Assembly: GCA_038087875.1 (NCBI GenBank)
Contig: CM076001.1
Span: forward strand, 1,612,001 to 1,676,000
Source of the DNA: Malacoraja senta
Lineage: Eukaryota
Reading direction: 5' to 3'
Length of the DNA stretch: 64,000 nt
This document shows, in pieces, positions 35,298 through 49,150 of the stretch. Made by a program: the position numbers and the translations under genes. How positions within the stretch are numbered: the first letter of the stretch is position 1; the number at the start of each line of letters is the position of its first letter. The notes below the pieces were generated by a model. It ran no database searches. It had not been told where the DNA came from and saw only the letters and a list, made by a program, of their open reading frames with translations.

Positions 35298-38200
35298 CTG
35301 CAGAAAATAACAAGGGAATTGTTATTGTTTTAACATTGACTGTTGGCGACGGTGACATGCACAGAAACTGGTTTCCGGTAGTTCATCACATGGTTGCAAA
35401 ATGTATGGAAACGTTATTTATGAATCTTGTAATTGTTCCTGCGACGAGTTGAGTTTTAATTTCGTTTAGGTTAGTATACTTTAGTTCAGTTTAGTTCAGT
35501 TTAGTTCAGTTTAGTTTAGTTTGGGGACACAGCGCGAAAACGGGCCCTTCGGCCCACCAAGTCCGAGCCGCCCTGCAATCCCCGCACATTAACACTATCC
35601 CACACACAAGATGGATAATTTACAGTTATAGAAAGCCAATTGCCCTTCAAAACTCTCCGTATTTGGAGTGTGGGAAGAAACCCTAGATCTCGGATCAAAA
35701 CCCAAGCAGAAAATCTCCGCAATAACAATAACCTCTGACGCCTCGACTAATCAAAAATCTATCTATCGCTGCCTTATTTTCGCCCCTGACTTGGCCTCCA
35801 CAGCCTTCTGTGTTTAGCAACTGGAAGGTCATCTTTTAAGTGCAATATACACAACCCGCGATAATACTTTGCCCTTTATGTATTAAGAGTTGTTGTTTTT
35901 TCTTCACTGGGCCACGTCCGTCTACGTTTTACTTTCATTTCATTGAAGAACAGTTTTGGTTTTCAATCTTGTTCGCCCGCTTTTTGCTGCTTGCGGTTCA
36001 TATTTTCATCTCCCGAGAACCGTTTCAACAGGTCTGCCAGCTGTCGTTTGATTACAGTTTGTGGAATGTTTGCAGAGGGACCAGTTTCACTCGCAGCCCA
36101 TCTACTCTCCTGCAAAACCTCCCCCTGTTTCCTGGAAATAAGAAATAGATTGTTTCCCTGGCTTTCGCACGCAGCGGGCGTGGATCAATCCCATAAATTG
36201 TATGGGGAAATTTATAAGCCCGTTGTAATGATAAGGCGGGTAGCACGACTTCAATAGTTGGTAAGATTTTAGAGACCATTAGTAAAAATGAGGTTCCAGT
36301 TACCTTCAAGCACACGATAAAATCGGCGAAGTCAGCTGGTGGGGGCTTTTGCCTGACAAAACTGTTGAAATTATTTGTAAACGTAACAAGCAGGATGGAC
36401 AAAGTAAAGTCACAAATGCTGCTGACTTAAAATTTCTGATGCATATTAAACGGTGCAGGACGCGAAGCGGCTAATTAAGATAGGAGTATTGGTGTTAGAG
36501 ATAAGGTATCAGTGTGGATAGAGGATAGGCTGTCCGTTGCAGGGCAAAATATTGGAATAAAAGTGATCTTTTCCGCTTGCTGCCTGTGACTAATGGGTCA
36601 ATGTTGGGTCCACTCCTTTTTCCGTTGTATGTTTACGATCTGGGTGATGGAATTGATGGCTTTGCGGCTAATATCGTGGACGATGCCAAAATAGGTGAAG
36701 GGGCAGGTAGTGTTGACTAAGCATGGATGTTCCAGAGTTATTTGAACAGGTTGGAAAAGGGGGGCAAATAAGTGGCAGATGAAATACGACACAGCACACT
36801 ATACGGACATGCACTTTGGCGGAAGGAATGACGACGTCGACTATTTTCTAAATGGGGAGAGGATTCAGAAATGGAGGTGCAAAGGGGACTTGGGAATGTT
36901 GGTGCGGGAATTCCAAAATGTGAATTTGCAGAGCGAATCGTCGTTCAGGGAGACAAATTAAATTTAGCATTAATCTCGAGATGACCTGAATATAAAAACA
37001 GGAATCTAAAATGTAAATCGTAGATGGGTTTTTTAGGCACTGATGTGATCACATTTGGAATATCGCGAGCAGTTTTGGGTCCCGTATCTAAGGAAGGATA
37101 TGGTGGCTTTGGAGATTGCCAAGCGGAGGTTTACGCGAATTATTTGGGGGATCATTCGGTCGCGCATAAGAAGCGTTTGCTAACTCCAAGCCTACACACG
37201 CTGGACTTGAGAAGGATAAGTTCTGATCACTCTGATCACTCTGATTGAGATTTGAGCAGCATTGTCATCGGCATTTCGTCCTCACGCTCCAAACTCGGAT
37301 ACTTTCCCTCTTTTCTCTGAATTGATCCTTGCTACATATCGCAGACTTCACCCACGCACTTTTCGTTTTCACTTCCAACGGCGGCTTTCAATTTGGGCAA
37401 ATGGCCTAACTCTGCTTATATACCTTATCGTCTTTGTCTTTGTTTTGGATATGGGCATAGCTGTTACGGCCAACAGTCATTGCCCGTTAGAATCAACAGT
37501 AACGATTCCAGGGTGTTCAAATGTATTCTGTTCCGACAACGGAACATGACATTCTTACTTGTAGATGCACACAGGCCTAGAAATGCAATATGCTTTATCA
37601 GATAACAGAGTCATAGAGTCATGTAGCGATATAATGCGGAAACAGGCTCGTCGGCCCACGTTGCCCACACCGGCCAACATGTCAAAGCTACATTTGTGCC
37701 ACCTGCCCGCGTTTGGTCCTGTCCATGTATAGTCTAACTGATTCTTAAACAGTGGGTTAGTGCCAGCTTCAACTATTTACTCTGGCAACTTGTTCTGTAC
37801 ACCCACTACCCTCCGTGTGAAAACGTTACCGCTCAAATCGTATTAATCTTCCCCTTCAGCTTAAACCTGTGTCCCCCGTTCCTCGACTCACCTACTCTGC
37901 ACAAGAGACTCTGCGTATCTACCCGATCTATTCTTCCCATGATTTTATACACTTCCTTACGATCACCCCATTCCTCTCATAATGTCTGATACACAAACTA
38001 ACTCAATAACTTAATGGCCACAATCCTAGAGCAACAAAAAAAACAAATCCTTTGTATAACCAGAGACAATTATGAAATGTTTATGAACACAAAGTGTTGC
38101 AGTAACTTGTAGACCAAGAGGGTGAATTCGCATAGTGTTTTGGAGCAAGCCGGCAGTTTGGTGGTAGCATTAAATGCGCGGGTCTGGCAGCATTTCAGGA

Positions 38201-38555
38201 GAACATTGATAGCCGACATTTGGTATCTGGACTTTAGATTCCGATTTCAGCGTCCGCATTTACTTGTGTCTGCATAGAAATTCATAGGTGTGGTTAGCAC
38301 TGTGTGGTGTTCCCGATCTTGGTGGTTTGGGGGAAGTAGCTATTCTTGAACCTGATAAACCTTGTGCTCCCGGGGAGCCCGACATATCCTCTCCTTGGAC
38401 TCACGTGTACCCTAACATCTGGACCAAGTTGCTGGAACACTTTATGAATAGAATCTGTTTCAATTGGAAACCAATTGATGCCTCATGATCCAATATTAAA
38501 GGGAACTGAATATTTACAAGAATAGTCATGGATAAGAGAGGTTTAGGGTACTTAC

Positions 38556-38652
38556 CGGCTGAGACAGTCACCGTAGTCCCCGTCCCATCCTGATAGTATG
38601 TACGCCATGGACCCACAGTGCCCCGTCTCTCGATGCTCGCAGTACAAGAACA
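38556..38652 (-). CDS. NAR-TCR J segment, copy 2 (coding 38556-38613) with 23-RSS
   Basis: GPWRTYYQDGTGTTVTVSA G|GTAAGT. RSS is CACAGTG (38614-38620), 23 nt, ACAAGAACA. Confidence 0.9.
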
Positions 38653-38952
38653 GTTCTCACCACGATTTGCCCCGCAACCATAAGAATCGCTGTCCAATTA
38701 TTCCAGGAGTTTCAGACCAACCAGTAATTGTCCTTGCTCCCCAATCCTCGGTGGGTCGAGCGGCTCCCGCTAAGAAACAGAGCTAAGAGCAGAGTGAGCT
38801 CCTGGTGTGCTTTTACAAACACGGAACCAATTAGTAAGGAATGTTAACGGAATGTGGTAATCCCTATGCAATTTAACTGGACTACAGCGTCACGAACAAC
38901 AATCGTTTGATTTTGGTTCCGGAACCCAAGGACATATATCTTGAATGGGGTG

Positions 38953-39024
38953 AGTTTTTACTCGACTCTCTTCCACTGTGTATATCCCATTGCCACACGT
39001 TGTTTCACGTCAGTTACAAATCCC
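38953..39024 (-). other. NAR-TCR D segment, copy 2 (coding 38981-38995, TGGCAATGGGATATA) with 12/12-type RSSs
   Basis: RSSs are the same as in copy 1. Confidence 0.8.
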
Positions 39025-39346
39025 CAGGCGTCCGGCGAGACGGGCGGGCAGGAGATTAACGTTCAGCGAATGCATTTTTCGGATGGCAGCTTCTGTAACT
39101 AGATCCCGTCTGGAGTTGTGCATTAGAAGAGCGGTAAGTCATTCTCGATGGCAGTTCGGTTACACCGTTTTCGGTAAACGGGGCATTATCCAGCCGCACT
39201 CGCCAAATAGGGAAACCCCATTGTTGAATAGCACGCATTTCATCCGTTACAACCTAAAGTGCAGGGCAGCAGGGACAAAGCGGTACCGTGGGTTACCCGG
39301 TGGATTCACCTCGCGTCTTCACGTTTGTACTAGAATCTGCGGTCAG

Positions 39347-39384
39347 GGTTTTTGTATTGCTGGAACCGCAGGCCCATCACTGTG
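39347..39384 (-). promoter_or_regulatory. 22/23-type RSS of NAR V2
   Basis: CACAGTG, 22 nt, ACAAAAACC. Confidence 0.95.
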
Positions 39385-39874
39385 CTCTCTCCATCTGTAC
39401 TCAGCTTGACAGTGATATGTGGCCATGTCCTCAACTCTCAAACCACGAATTTTCAACGTAAAGGTCTTTTCCGCTTTATTGGTCGACACAACGACCCCTC
39501 CACCTGTTGTGATCCGCTGCCGTTCAGCACCGGGTTGTGCTTGCTTGAAGAAACGTCCTACATCAAGTATGTAGCTACCCCAGAAACCTTCTTGGAAAAG
39601 GCATGTGATGGTGACGGGTTGACACTCTTTTCCAGTCACCGCATTCGGGCTCTGGGTCACTGACTGACTGAAGGTGTCTGTAGATGAAACACAGGGTGAG
39701 GTGAGTGGGAATTCGAGGCGAACCACGGAAGAAGGATAAATCACGGACAGAGTTGGAAATTCAGGTCGGAGTGGACTCGAGTTGTTTTATGTTCAACCCG
39801 CACTGTGTGGGAGTAGGGGACTGGTACTCACGGCGTAAGCAGAGTGACAACACAAAAAACAGGACGATTCCCAT
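39385..39874 (-). CDS. IgNAR-like (NAR-TCR) V gene, copy 2: leader 39874-39832, V exon 39677-39385
   Basis: Leader MGIVLFFVLSLCLR; V exon TFSQSVTQSP...GKECQPVTITCLFQEGFWGSYILDVGRFFKQ...EDMATYHCQAEYRWRE. Open frame with intact splice sites. Confidence 0.9.
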
Positions 39875-40899
39875 CGCGCGTTCTCCGGGAAAAATGGTTT
39901 ACGTGACGAGAGGTTGGAGCCCAGGTCCCCCGACTGATCCTGCACCTGTCCAGACGAACTGAGCGGGAACCTCAGCTGGCCTTTTCGTTTCGTTGCGGGC
40001 GGTGCCCTGGGAATTTTTGAAAATCGATGTGCGAGGAGAGTGAGAGTTTGAGAAGGGGATCGTTAAATCTGCTGGTTTGTTTCGTGGCCTGGAATCTGAT
40101 GTGAAGCATCTGATGTGGCTCTGACGTTTCTCTGACATTCGGTAGACCATTTCAACCATTCAGGCAACTGATCATATGGGGGCAGTAGTTAGGGTGAAGG
40201 CACAGTTCCCTCTCCAATCAGGCAGAAGATATAGAAGTGTGTAAACTCAAACCTCCAGATTCAGGGACAGATTCTTCCCAGCGCTTATCAGGCAACTGAA
40301 CCATCCTACCACCACCAGAGAGCAGTCCTGCCATACTATCTACCTCATCGCTGACCATCGGACTAACCTTATCGAACTTTGCTGGCTTTATCTTGCACTA
40401 AACTGTATTCCCTGCGCATGTATCTGTACACTGTGAATGGCTCGATTGTTACCATGTATTGTCTCTGCGCTGAATGATTAGTACGCAACAAAGTTTCTCT
40501 CTGTACCTTGGTATACGTGACAATAAACTATACTGAACGGATGGGGGAGGTGTTTTGTCAACAGAGGCTGTTGCTCCTCTGTGCAACTCCGCAATAATGG
40601 AGGAAGGCCGATGCAAGGTATGTTTGTTTGTTTGTTTGTTTGTTTGTTTGTTTGTTTGATGAGAGGCTGCACGGCCAAAGATAGTGGGAATTGCTGCACC
40701 GCGGCTTATAAGATCGACGATAGTCGGGCTGGGTACCGGGTTCCCTCCGAATGTCAACGAGCCGGTGAAAGGGAACGCACAGATTGTAATTAAGTCATTC
40801 ACCTGCAGGGATGGGGAAACATAGAAACATAGAAAATAGGTGTAGGAGTAAGCCACTCTCCCTTCGATCCAGCACGGCAATTCATTATGATCAAGGCAG

Positions 40900-43800
40900 G
40901 TCGCAGATGAGGTGGGGTAGTTCTGTTGGTGAGGGGTGAAATTCAGTCCTTTGCGAGGGGTAACAGAGGGACTGACGATGTAAAGTCGCTGTGGATTGAA
41001 TTGAGGAATTGTAAAGGTAAGACGACAATCGAAATTATCTGCAGGCCCCCAAAACGTGGCCTGGACATAGGGTGCAAGTTGCAGCAGGAGTTAAAATTGC
41101 CATGTAACAAATGTAATGCCACTGTTATTAGGGAGTTTTCAAAATGCACGTTGACTGGAGAAATCAGGTTGGGTCAGGAACCCAAGAAACCGAGTTTGTA
41201 GAGTGCCTCTGAGACGGATTCTTCAAGCAGCTTGTATTGGAAATTACCAGAGAGAAGGCAACTCTGGATTTAGTGTTGTTTAATGGAACAGATTTAGTAA
41301 GGGAACTCAAGGTAAAGGAATCGCTAGGAGGGTGTGACCATAATATGATAAGTTTCAATCTGCAATTTGAGAGCGAGAAGGTTGAATCAGAAGTGTCAGT
41401 GTTGCAGTTGAACAAAACGGACTATAACGGCATGAGAGAAGAGCGGGCCAAGGTCGACTGAAAAATGATCCTAGCAGGAATGACGGAGGAACAACAATGG
41501 CAGGAATTTATGGGCCTAATACATAAGATGCAGAATCATTTCATTCCAAGGATAAAGAAAAAATCTAAGGGGAGTAAGAGGCAACCGTGGATGACAAAGG
41601 AAGTTGGGAACGGTATAAAAATAAAATAAAAGATGTATAACATAGCAAAGAGTGGTGCGAAGCCGGAGGGTTGGGAAACTTTCAAAGGACATCAGAATGT
41701 AACACAAAGGGCAATACGGGGTGAAAAGATGAAGTACGAAGGTAAGTTCGCCAGGTGTTTAAAGGGCAGTAAAGCTTATTTAGGTATGTTAAGAGAAAAA
41801 GAATAGTAAAGGCAAATGTGGGTGCCTTGAAGGCAGAAACTGTTGAAATTCAGTTCAAGTTCAAGTTCAAGGTACATTTATTGTTACATGCACCAATTGG
41901 CACAGTGCGATTTGAGTTACCATCATCCATACGAATAAAAGAGAGCACAATACACGATATAATTTAACATGAACATCCCCACACAGCGGAATCAACGTTT
42001 CCCATTGTGAGGAAAGGCAATACATTTCAGTCAGCTTCCTCTTTGTTCACCCGTGGTCGGGGCCTTTGAGTCCTCCGCCGTCGCCGATACGTCGGCTCGA
42101 TGTTTCAGGCCGTCTCGCCGGACGAGGGAACCCCGACTCCACACAAAATGACTAAAACACCTCCAGGAACATACTTTTTTGACAGACTAAAATAGCAAAA
42201 GGATGAAAGGACGGACAGACTGCTGGCGAGGCTGCCGTGCGCGGCGCCATCCGATGACGATAGATGGGGAACAAGGAATTATTATGGGGAGCAAGGAAAT
42301 GGCAGAAGAGTTGAACAGGTACTTCTGGTTCTGTCTTCGCTAAGGAAGACACACAAATCTCCCAGATGTACTAGAGGACAGAGGATCTCGGGAGACAGAG
42401 GAACTGAGATAAATATGCATTGGGCAAGAAATATTATTGGGTAAACGGATGGGACTGAAGTCTGCATCCCAGGGTACTCAAGGAGGTGGCTCTGGAAATC
42501 GTGGACATATTGGTGATGATTTCCTATGATCTATAGTTCCAGAATCAGTTCCTGTGGATTGGACGGTAGCTAATGCTACCCCACTTTTCAAGAAAGAAGC
42601 GAGAGAGAAGACAAGACATTTTAGATCAGTTAACCTGACATCGGAGCTGGAGAACATGCAGGAGTCAATTATTTAGGAAGTAATAACGGCGCATTTGGAT
42701 AGCATTTAAAGGATTGGTCCAAGTCAGCATGGATTTATGCAGGGGAAATCCTGCTCGACTAATCTTCTGGAATGTTTTGAGAATGTGACAAGTAAAATTG
42801 ATGAAGGAGGTCCCTGTCAGAATGGCAGGAGTGTAGTGCCGCAAGGATCGGTGCAGGGGCCGCTGCTATTCACAATATATATATATTATTGATTTAGATG
42901 ATGGAATTAAAAGTAACACGACCAAATTTGCAGAAGACACCAAGTTGGGCGGCATTGTGAACTGCGAAGAGGATGCTAGATGGTTGCAGGGTGACCTGGA
43001 TAGGTTGAGTGAGTGGGCAGATACATGGCAGATGCGGTATAATGTAGGTAAAAGTGAGGTTATCCACTTTGATGGCAAGAAAATGGAAGCAGATTATTAC
43101 CTCAATGGTGTGAGATTTGGGAAAAAGGGATGTGCAACGAGACTTGGGTGTCCTTGTACACCAGTCACTGTAAGTGAATATTCAGGTACACCAGGTAGTG
43201 AAGAAAGCTAATGGCATGTTGGCATTCATAACGAGAGGAATTGCGCATAGGAGTACAGGTCCTTCTGCAGTTGTACAGGACCTAGGTGAGACAACGTTTG
43301 CAGTATTGTGTGCAGATTTGGTCTCCCAATTTGGGGAAGGCCATCCTTGCTATGGAGGGAGTGCAGCGAATGTTCACAAGGGTAACCCACGGTATGGCGG
43401 GACTGTCATATGAGGAAAGATTAGAAAGATTGGGCTAGTATTCACCGGAATTTAGAAGGATGAGAGGGGGTCTTGTAGAAACAGAAATAATTATAAAAGG
43501 ACTGGTCAAGCTAGATGCAGGTTTATTTTTGTAAATGCTGGGAGAACCAGAACCAGGGGCCACAGTCTAAGAGTAAAGGGGAGGGCATTTAAAATTGTGA
43601 TGAGAAAAATCTTTTTCACCCAGATAGTTGTGAATTTGGGGAATTCTGTCACAAAAGGCAGTGGAGGCCAATTCACTGGATGAAATGAAAAGAGAGCTAG
43701 ATAGAGCTCTTGGGGCAGGGAGAATCAAGAGGCATGAGGAGGCAGGCACGCGTTAATGATAGTGGATGTGCAGCCATGATCAATATGCATGGCGGTGCTG

Positions 43801-44960
43801 ACTCGAAGGGCTATATAGCCTCCTCCTGTACCTATTTTCTATGTTTCGATGTTTCTATTTAAAATCAGTACCCCGTTCCTGCTTTCTTCCCATATCCCTT
43901 GTTTCGTTTAGCCCTAAGAGCTAAATCTAACTCTCTCGTGAAATCTTCCAGTGAATTGGCCTCCGCTGCCTTCTATGGTAGAGCATTCCACAGATTCACA
44001 GCTCTCTGGGTGAAACAGATGTTCCTCATCTCAGTCCAAAGTTGTTTTGGGCCCTGTTGAGCCCGCATTTGTGAGCGATTTTGGTCTCCTAATTTGTGGA
44101 AGGACTTGATTGCCATTGAGGAAGTGCAGCATCGGTTCTCCAGGTTAGTTCCCGCTATGGCGGGACTGACATATGATGAAAGAATGGGTTGAGTGTGCTT
44201 GTATTCACTGGGATTTGGAAGGATGAGAGGGGATTTTATAGAAACATATACTTCTTAAAGGGTTCGATAGGCTAGATGCAGGAAAAACGTTCCCGATGTT
44301 GGGGGAGTCCAGAACAAGGGGTCAAAGTTTAAGAATAAGGATAGGTAATTTAGGACTGAAATGAGGGAAATTCTATTTCACCCAGAGAGTTGTGAATCTG
44401 TGGAATTTTCGGCCACAGAATACAGCGGAGGACAATTCACTGGATGTTTCAAGAGAAAGCTAGATTTAGCGCTTGGGGCCAAAGAAATCAAGGGTTATGT
44501 GGAACAAACAGGAACAGGGGAATAAACATGATCATTTTAGATGATCAGCCATGATAATATTGAATGGTGTTGCTGGCTCGAGGGGCCGAGTGACATACTA
44601 GTGCATCGAATTTCTGTTTCTATGTTTCCAAATGGGCTAACCCTTATTCGTAAACTGTGACCTCTGTATCTGGACTCCCTCAATATCCGGAATATTTTTC
44701 CTGCATCTAGCCGGTCCAATAGTCTTGCTACTGAGGGAATGCAGCGTAGATTCACACGGTTATTTCCCGGGGTGGTGGGGCTGTTATATGCTATGAGAAT
44801 GAAGCGGCTGAGCTTGTATACTCTGGAATTTAGAAGGATGAGAGGGTGTCTTATTGAAACATATAAGATTATTAAGGGTTTGGACACGCAAGAGGTACGA
44901 ACCATGTTCCCGATGTTGGGGAAGTCCAGAACCAGGGACCACAGTTTAAGAATAAGATGA
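40900..44960. mobile_element. Cluster of CR1 fragments: mainly plus strand to about 43855, interrupted at about 41851-42270 by another repeat
   Basis: CR1 endonuclease/linker and RT motifs (QHGFMQGKSC, VPQGSV, LQGDLDRLSEW) and several 3' tails. Confidence 0.75.
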
Positions 44961-45309
44961 TTTTGAGTATTACATGAAAAATAGTAGATGTTTGTTCAAA
45001 AGTGTGTAAGTAATGTCCACAGGGATGTAATCTCGTTGCCTGTTTTCCCCTTTATTTACGTTATAAATATGCCAGATATTTGTTTGTTTCGCTGACAACC
45101 GCTGAGCGGCTGCACCAGGAGTGATCGCCTGGCCGACGCATTAAAATGCATGACATTCCGATCGAGGAAAAAATAGGACTGGTGTATTATCCGATTTTGG
45201 CAGCAATCGGTATACCTGGCATGTAATTGGCGGCACATCTCATGGAACTAACAAAGACTGTTTGTAAAGCGCAGAATATTAAAGGTTAAGAGAACATACC
45301 GAGTAGCCC

Positions 45310-45555
45310 AGCACGGGTTAGGGCGGCACGGTGGCGCAGCGCTAGACCAACTGTCTTACAGCGTTTGTCTGTACGGAGTTTGTACGTTCTCCCCGAATCC
45401 GTTTGGGTTTTCCCCGAGATCTTCGGTTTGCTCCCACGCTCCATAAAAGTAAAGTAAATTGTCCCTTGTTTGTAGGCTGTTGTTAGTGTGCGTAATCGGT
45501 GCGGATTAAGTTGGCCGGTGGGCCCGTTTACGCGCTGTATCCCTAAACTAAAATA
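45310..45555 (+). mobile_element. HE1-like tRNA-derived SINE
   Basis: GGGCGGCACGGTGGCGCAGC head, V-SINE-like GGAGTTTGTACGTTCTCCCC core, CTAAACTAAA tail. Confidence 0.65.
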
Positions 45556-46529
45556 AAGCAAGCGATGTGCATCTCAGGAGCGAGGTAGCGGGTTGTTATA
45601 TTTGATCGATGCCGCTCATTGAAGCTGGCAAAAATGTAGCCCTCACAGCTTTTTTACTAAAATCAGTGCCCGTACTTACGCTGTTGCGAGGTGAAGCGTC
45701 CTCGCTGTGAGTAGCAGTTTCTGTTCCACCGTGCGTACTGCATTCGGCAGAACGATCAATACACCCCGTCCAGTCAATTGGTACTACATTTTTTGTATCG
45801 CTCTTAAATTCTCATAGGGATAATTTCCAGAGACAGATTTGAAGGTCGTACGAACAACCTGCTCGACAACAACCTGCTCGATATAAACTACAAGTGCAGC
45901 GATCGTGCAGTGACAACAAACAACTGGTTAACTCAGCCAGTCTTGCAGCATCTATGGAGGAACGACGCAGTCGACGTATCGGGTTGGGATCATTCTTCCG
46001 ATCGGAGTCTGAAGAAGGGGCTCGAGCTGATACGTCGCCTATCTATGTCCTCCAGAGATATTACTTGCGCCACTGAGATTCTCCAGCACTTGTTCTTGTC
46101 ATGTACAGTATGGAGGCCCGCCCGCTGTTTGGCAGAAAATACTTGCCCGTTATGTTGTTAGCCGTGTTTTGACGGGTGTTTGTAATTATATTTGCTGCGC
46201 TTCTCTGAAACACTTTCCTAGGTCTCATGCTCCGAAATACATTCTCGAAGGCCCAAAGGAAAACAGACCGCGTTAATCCAGTCCACGATTGACTCAATGC
46301 CCCGACGTGAAAGTTGCTCACGTCTCAGCAATAAAAACGATACTGCGCATTTGAAATTACCGTTATAAAAATGAAATCAAATATTTGATATTGGGAGGAT
46401 CCCCTCTTAATCCTGACTTGATCGACCGTAATTTGGATTGTTAATTTCTTTTTGGCTACACTGTCCGTCCTTTTGAAAATGTTCTATATTTTACATCAAC
46501 ATCAAACGATTGACATAATGTTGTGAAGA

Positions 46530-49150
46530 TTACTACAAAAGGCAACCCCACTGATATCCACTTATTACAAAAGGCATCCCAGCATCCTCGCCATCTTCAA
46601 CAGATCTCTGGCCACTGGCACTGTACCTACCTGCTTCAAGCATGCAGTGGTCCAACCACTCCTGAAAAAACCTAACCTCGACCCCACCTTGCCAAGCAAC
46701 TACAGACCCATTTCTAAACTGCCTTTCCTCTCAAAAGCTCTTGAAAAGGTAATTTTAAGTCAACTTATACCTTACCTTCACCAAAACACTATCTTGGAAT
46801 CTTTCCAATCATGTTTCAGGGCTCACCATAGCACAGAGTCTGCCTTGTTGAAGGTATACAAGACCTACTGCTCACCGTTGACTCCGGCGATTGTGCAATT
46901 CTGCTCCTTCTTGATCTCAGCGCAGCATTTGATACTGTCGACCACACCATCCTACGTAATTGACCGTCTCCGGTATGGGGTTGGTATTGATGGCACTGCC
47001 CTGAGCTGGTTCATCTCCTACCTCAAAGGTAGGAGTTTCTCGACTAACATTATTAATGGTGGAGTAGCAAGATGGATTCAACAGTGGCTGATTGGGAGAT
47101 GCCAGAGAGTAATGGTGGATGGCTGTTTGTCAGGTTGGAGGCCGGTGACTAGTGGGGTGCCTCAGGGGTCTGTGTTGGGTCCACTGTTGTTTGTCATGTA
47201 CATCAATGATCTGGATGATGGTGTGGAAAATTGGATTAGTAAGTATGCAGATGATACTAAGATAGGTGGTGTGGTGGATAATGAAGTAGATTTTCAAAGT
47301 CTACAGAGAGATTTAGGCCATTTGGAAGAGTGGGCTGAAAGAAGGCAGATGGAGTTTAATGCTGATAAATGTGAGGTACTACATCTCGGCAGGACAAATC
47401 AAAATAGGACGTACATGGTAAACGGTAGAGAATTGAGGAATGCAGTTGAACAGAGGGATCTAGGAATAACTGTGCATAGTTTCCTGAAGGTGGAATCTCA
47501 TGTAGTTAGTGTGGTAAAGAAAGCTTTTGGGGTGCTGGCCTTTATAAATCAGAGCATTGAATATAGAAGTTGGGATGTAATGTTAAAATTGTACAAGGCA
47601 TTGGTGAGGCCAATTCTGGAGTATGGAGTACAATTTTGGTCGCCTAATTATAGGAAGGATGTCAACAAAATAGAGAGAGTACAGAGGAGATTTACTGGAA
47701 TGTTGCCTGGGTTTCAGCAACTAAGTTACAGAGAAAGGTTGAACAAGTTAGGTCTTTATTCTTTGGAGCGCAGAAGGTTAAGAGGGGACTTGATAGAAGT
47801 CTTTAAATTTATGAGCGGGTTAGACTGAGTTGACGTGGATTAGCTTTTTCCATTGAGAGTAGGGAAGATTCAAACAAGGGGACATGACTTGAGAATTAAG
47901 GGACAGAAGTTTAGGGGTAACATTAGGGGGAACTTCTTTACTCAGAGAGTGGTAGCTGTGTGGAATGAGCTTCCAGTGGAAGTGGTGGAGGCTGGTTCGA
48001 TTTTATCCTTTAAAAATAGATTGGATGGGTATATGGACGGGAATGGAATGGAGTGTTATGGTCTGAGTGCAGGTAGTTGGGACTAGGGGGAAGTTTTTTT
48101 TTTTTTTAATGTTCGGCACGGACCTGAAGGGCCGAGATGGCCTGTTTCCGTGCTGTAATGGTTATATGGTTATATGGTTATAACATAGGCAACTCTTTCT
48201 CCTCTCCAGCTAATCTCTGCTGTGGGGTTCCACAAGGTTCCATCCTTGGCTCCATTCTCTTTTCCCTGAATATGCTCCCCTTAGGCCAAGTCATTGAAAG
48301 GCACGGCATTCCCTTCCATTGCTACGCAGACGATACACAACTCTATCTCCCCCTGAAGCCCCAAAACCAATCAAATCTGTTTAGCCTTACCCACTGCCTC
48401 GAGGATATAAAGTGTTTGATGGCCCAGAACTTCCTCCAACTAAACGAGAGTAAGTCTGAGGTCATCCTTATCGGCCCCTCGGACTCAATTAAAATGATAG
48501 CAGGCAGCCTTGGAAGCCTTACCCCACTACTCAAACCTCACGTCAAAAACCTTGGCGTAATATTTGACTCAGCACTGAAATTTGACAAACAAGTCAATGC
48601 CGTGGTAAAAGCTAGCTACTTTCAGCTTCGGACGATAGCTAAAATAAAACAATTCCTCAAGTTTGATGACCTCGAAAAGATCATCCACACATTCATCTCC
48701 TCCCGCCTAGATTACTGCAACTCCCTTTACACTGGCATCAGCCAATCTTCCCTGTCCCGCTTGCAACTGGTCCAAAACGCCGCAGCGAGAATCCCGAAAA
48801 AGGGACCACATCACCCCGATCCTGGCCTCTCTCCACTGGCTCCCTGTGCGGTTCCGAATAAACTTCAAGATCCTCCTTCATGTCTATAAAGCCCTCAATG
48901 GGCTTGCCCCCACCTACATAAAGAATGTCTTCTCACCCACCACTCCACCTCCAGGCCCCTCAGATCGGCCGTCTTGGGGTTGCTGAATATCCCGCGTAAG
49001 CTCAGGGGCGACAGCGCCTTTGCGGTTGCAGCCCCTAGACTGTGGAACAGCATCCCCTTTTCCATCAGAACTGCCCCCTCCAGCGACTCTTTTAAGTCAA
49101 GACTAAAGACGTATCTATACTCCCAAGCCTTTCCTGACGTCTTCTGAGTG
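46530..49150 (+). mobile_element. L2-clade LINE RT/3' region interrupted by a CR1
   Basis: PLLKKPNLDP..NYRPISKLPFLSK, HSTESALLKV; resumes after 48186 with GVPQGSILG, YADDTQLY, SRLDYCNSL. Confidence 0.85.
47051..48180 (+). mobile_element. 5'-truncated CR1 nested in L2, TSD TAACAT
   Basis: CR1 RT (GVPQGSVLGP, YADDTKIGG) with an (ATGGTTAT)n tail; TAACAT at 47045-47050 and 48181-48186. Confidence 0.9.

Larger units (their letters stand above)
34788..41850. repeat. Segmental duplication block B, copy 2 (NAR-TCR cassette 2)
   Basis: Colinear with 6296-13348. Confidence 0.95.

Noticed and set aside
46647-47828. 393-aa ORF resembling a novel reverse transcriptase
   Set aside because: It is a chance in-frame fusion of a frameshifted L2 fragment and the nested CR1; the junction is at the TAACAT TSD.
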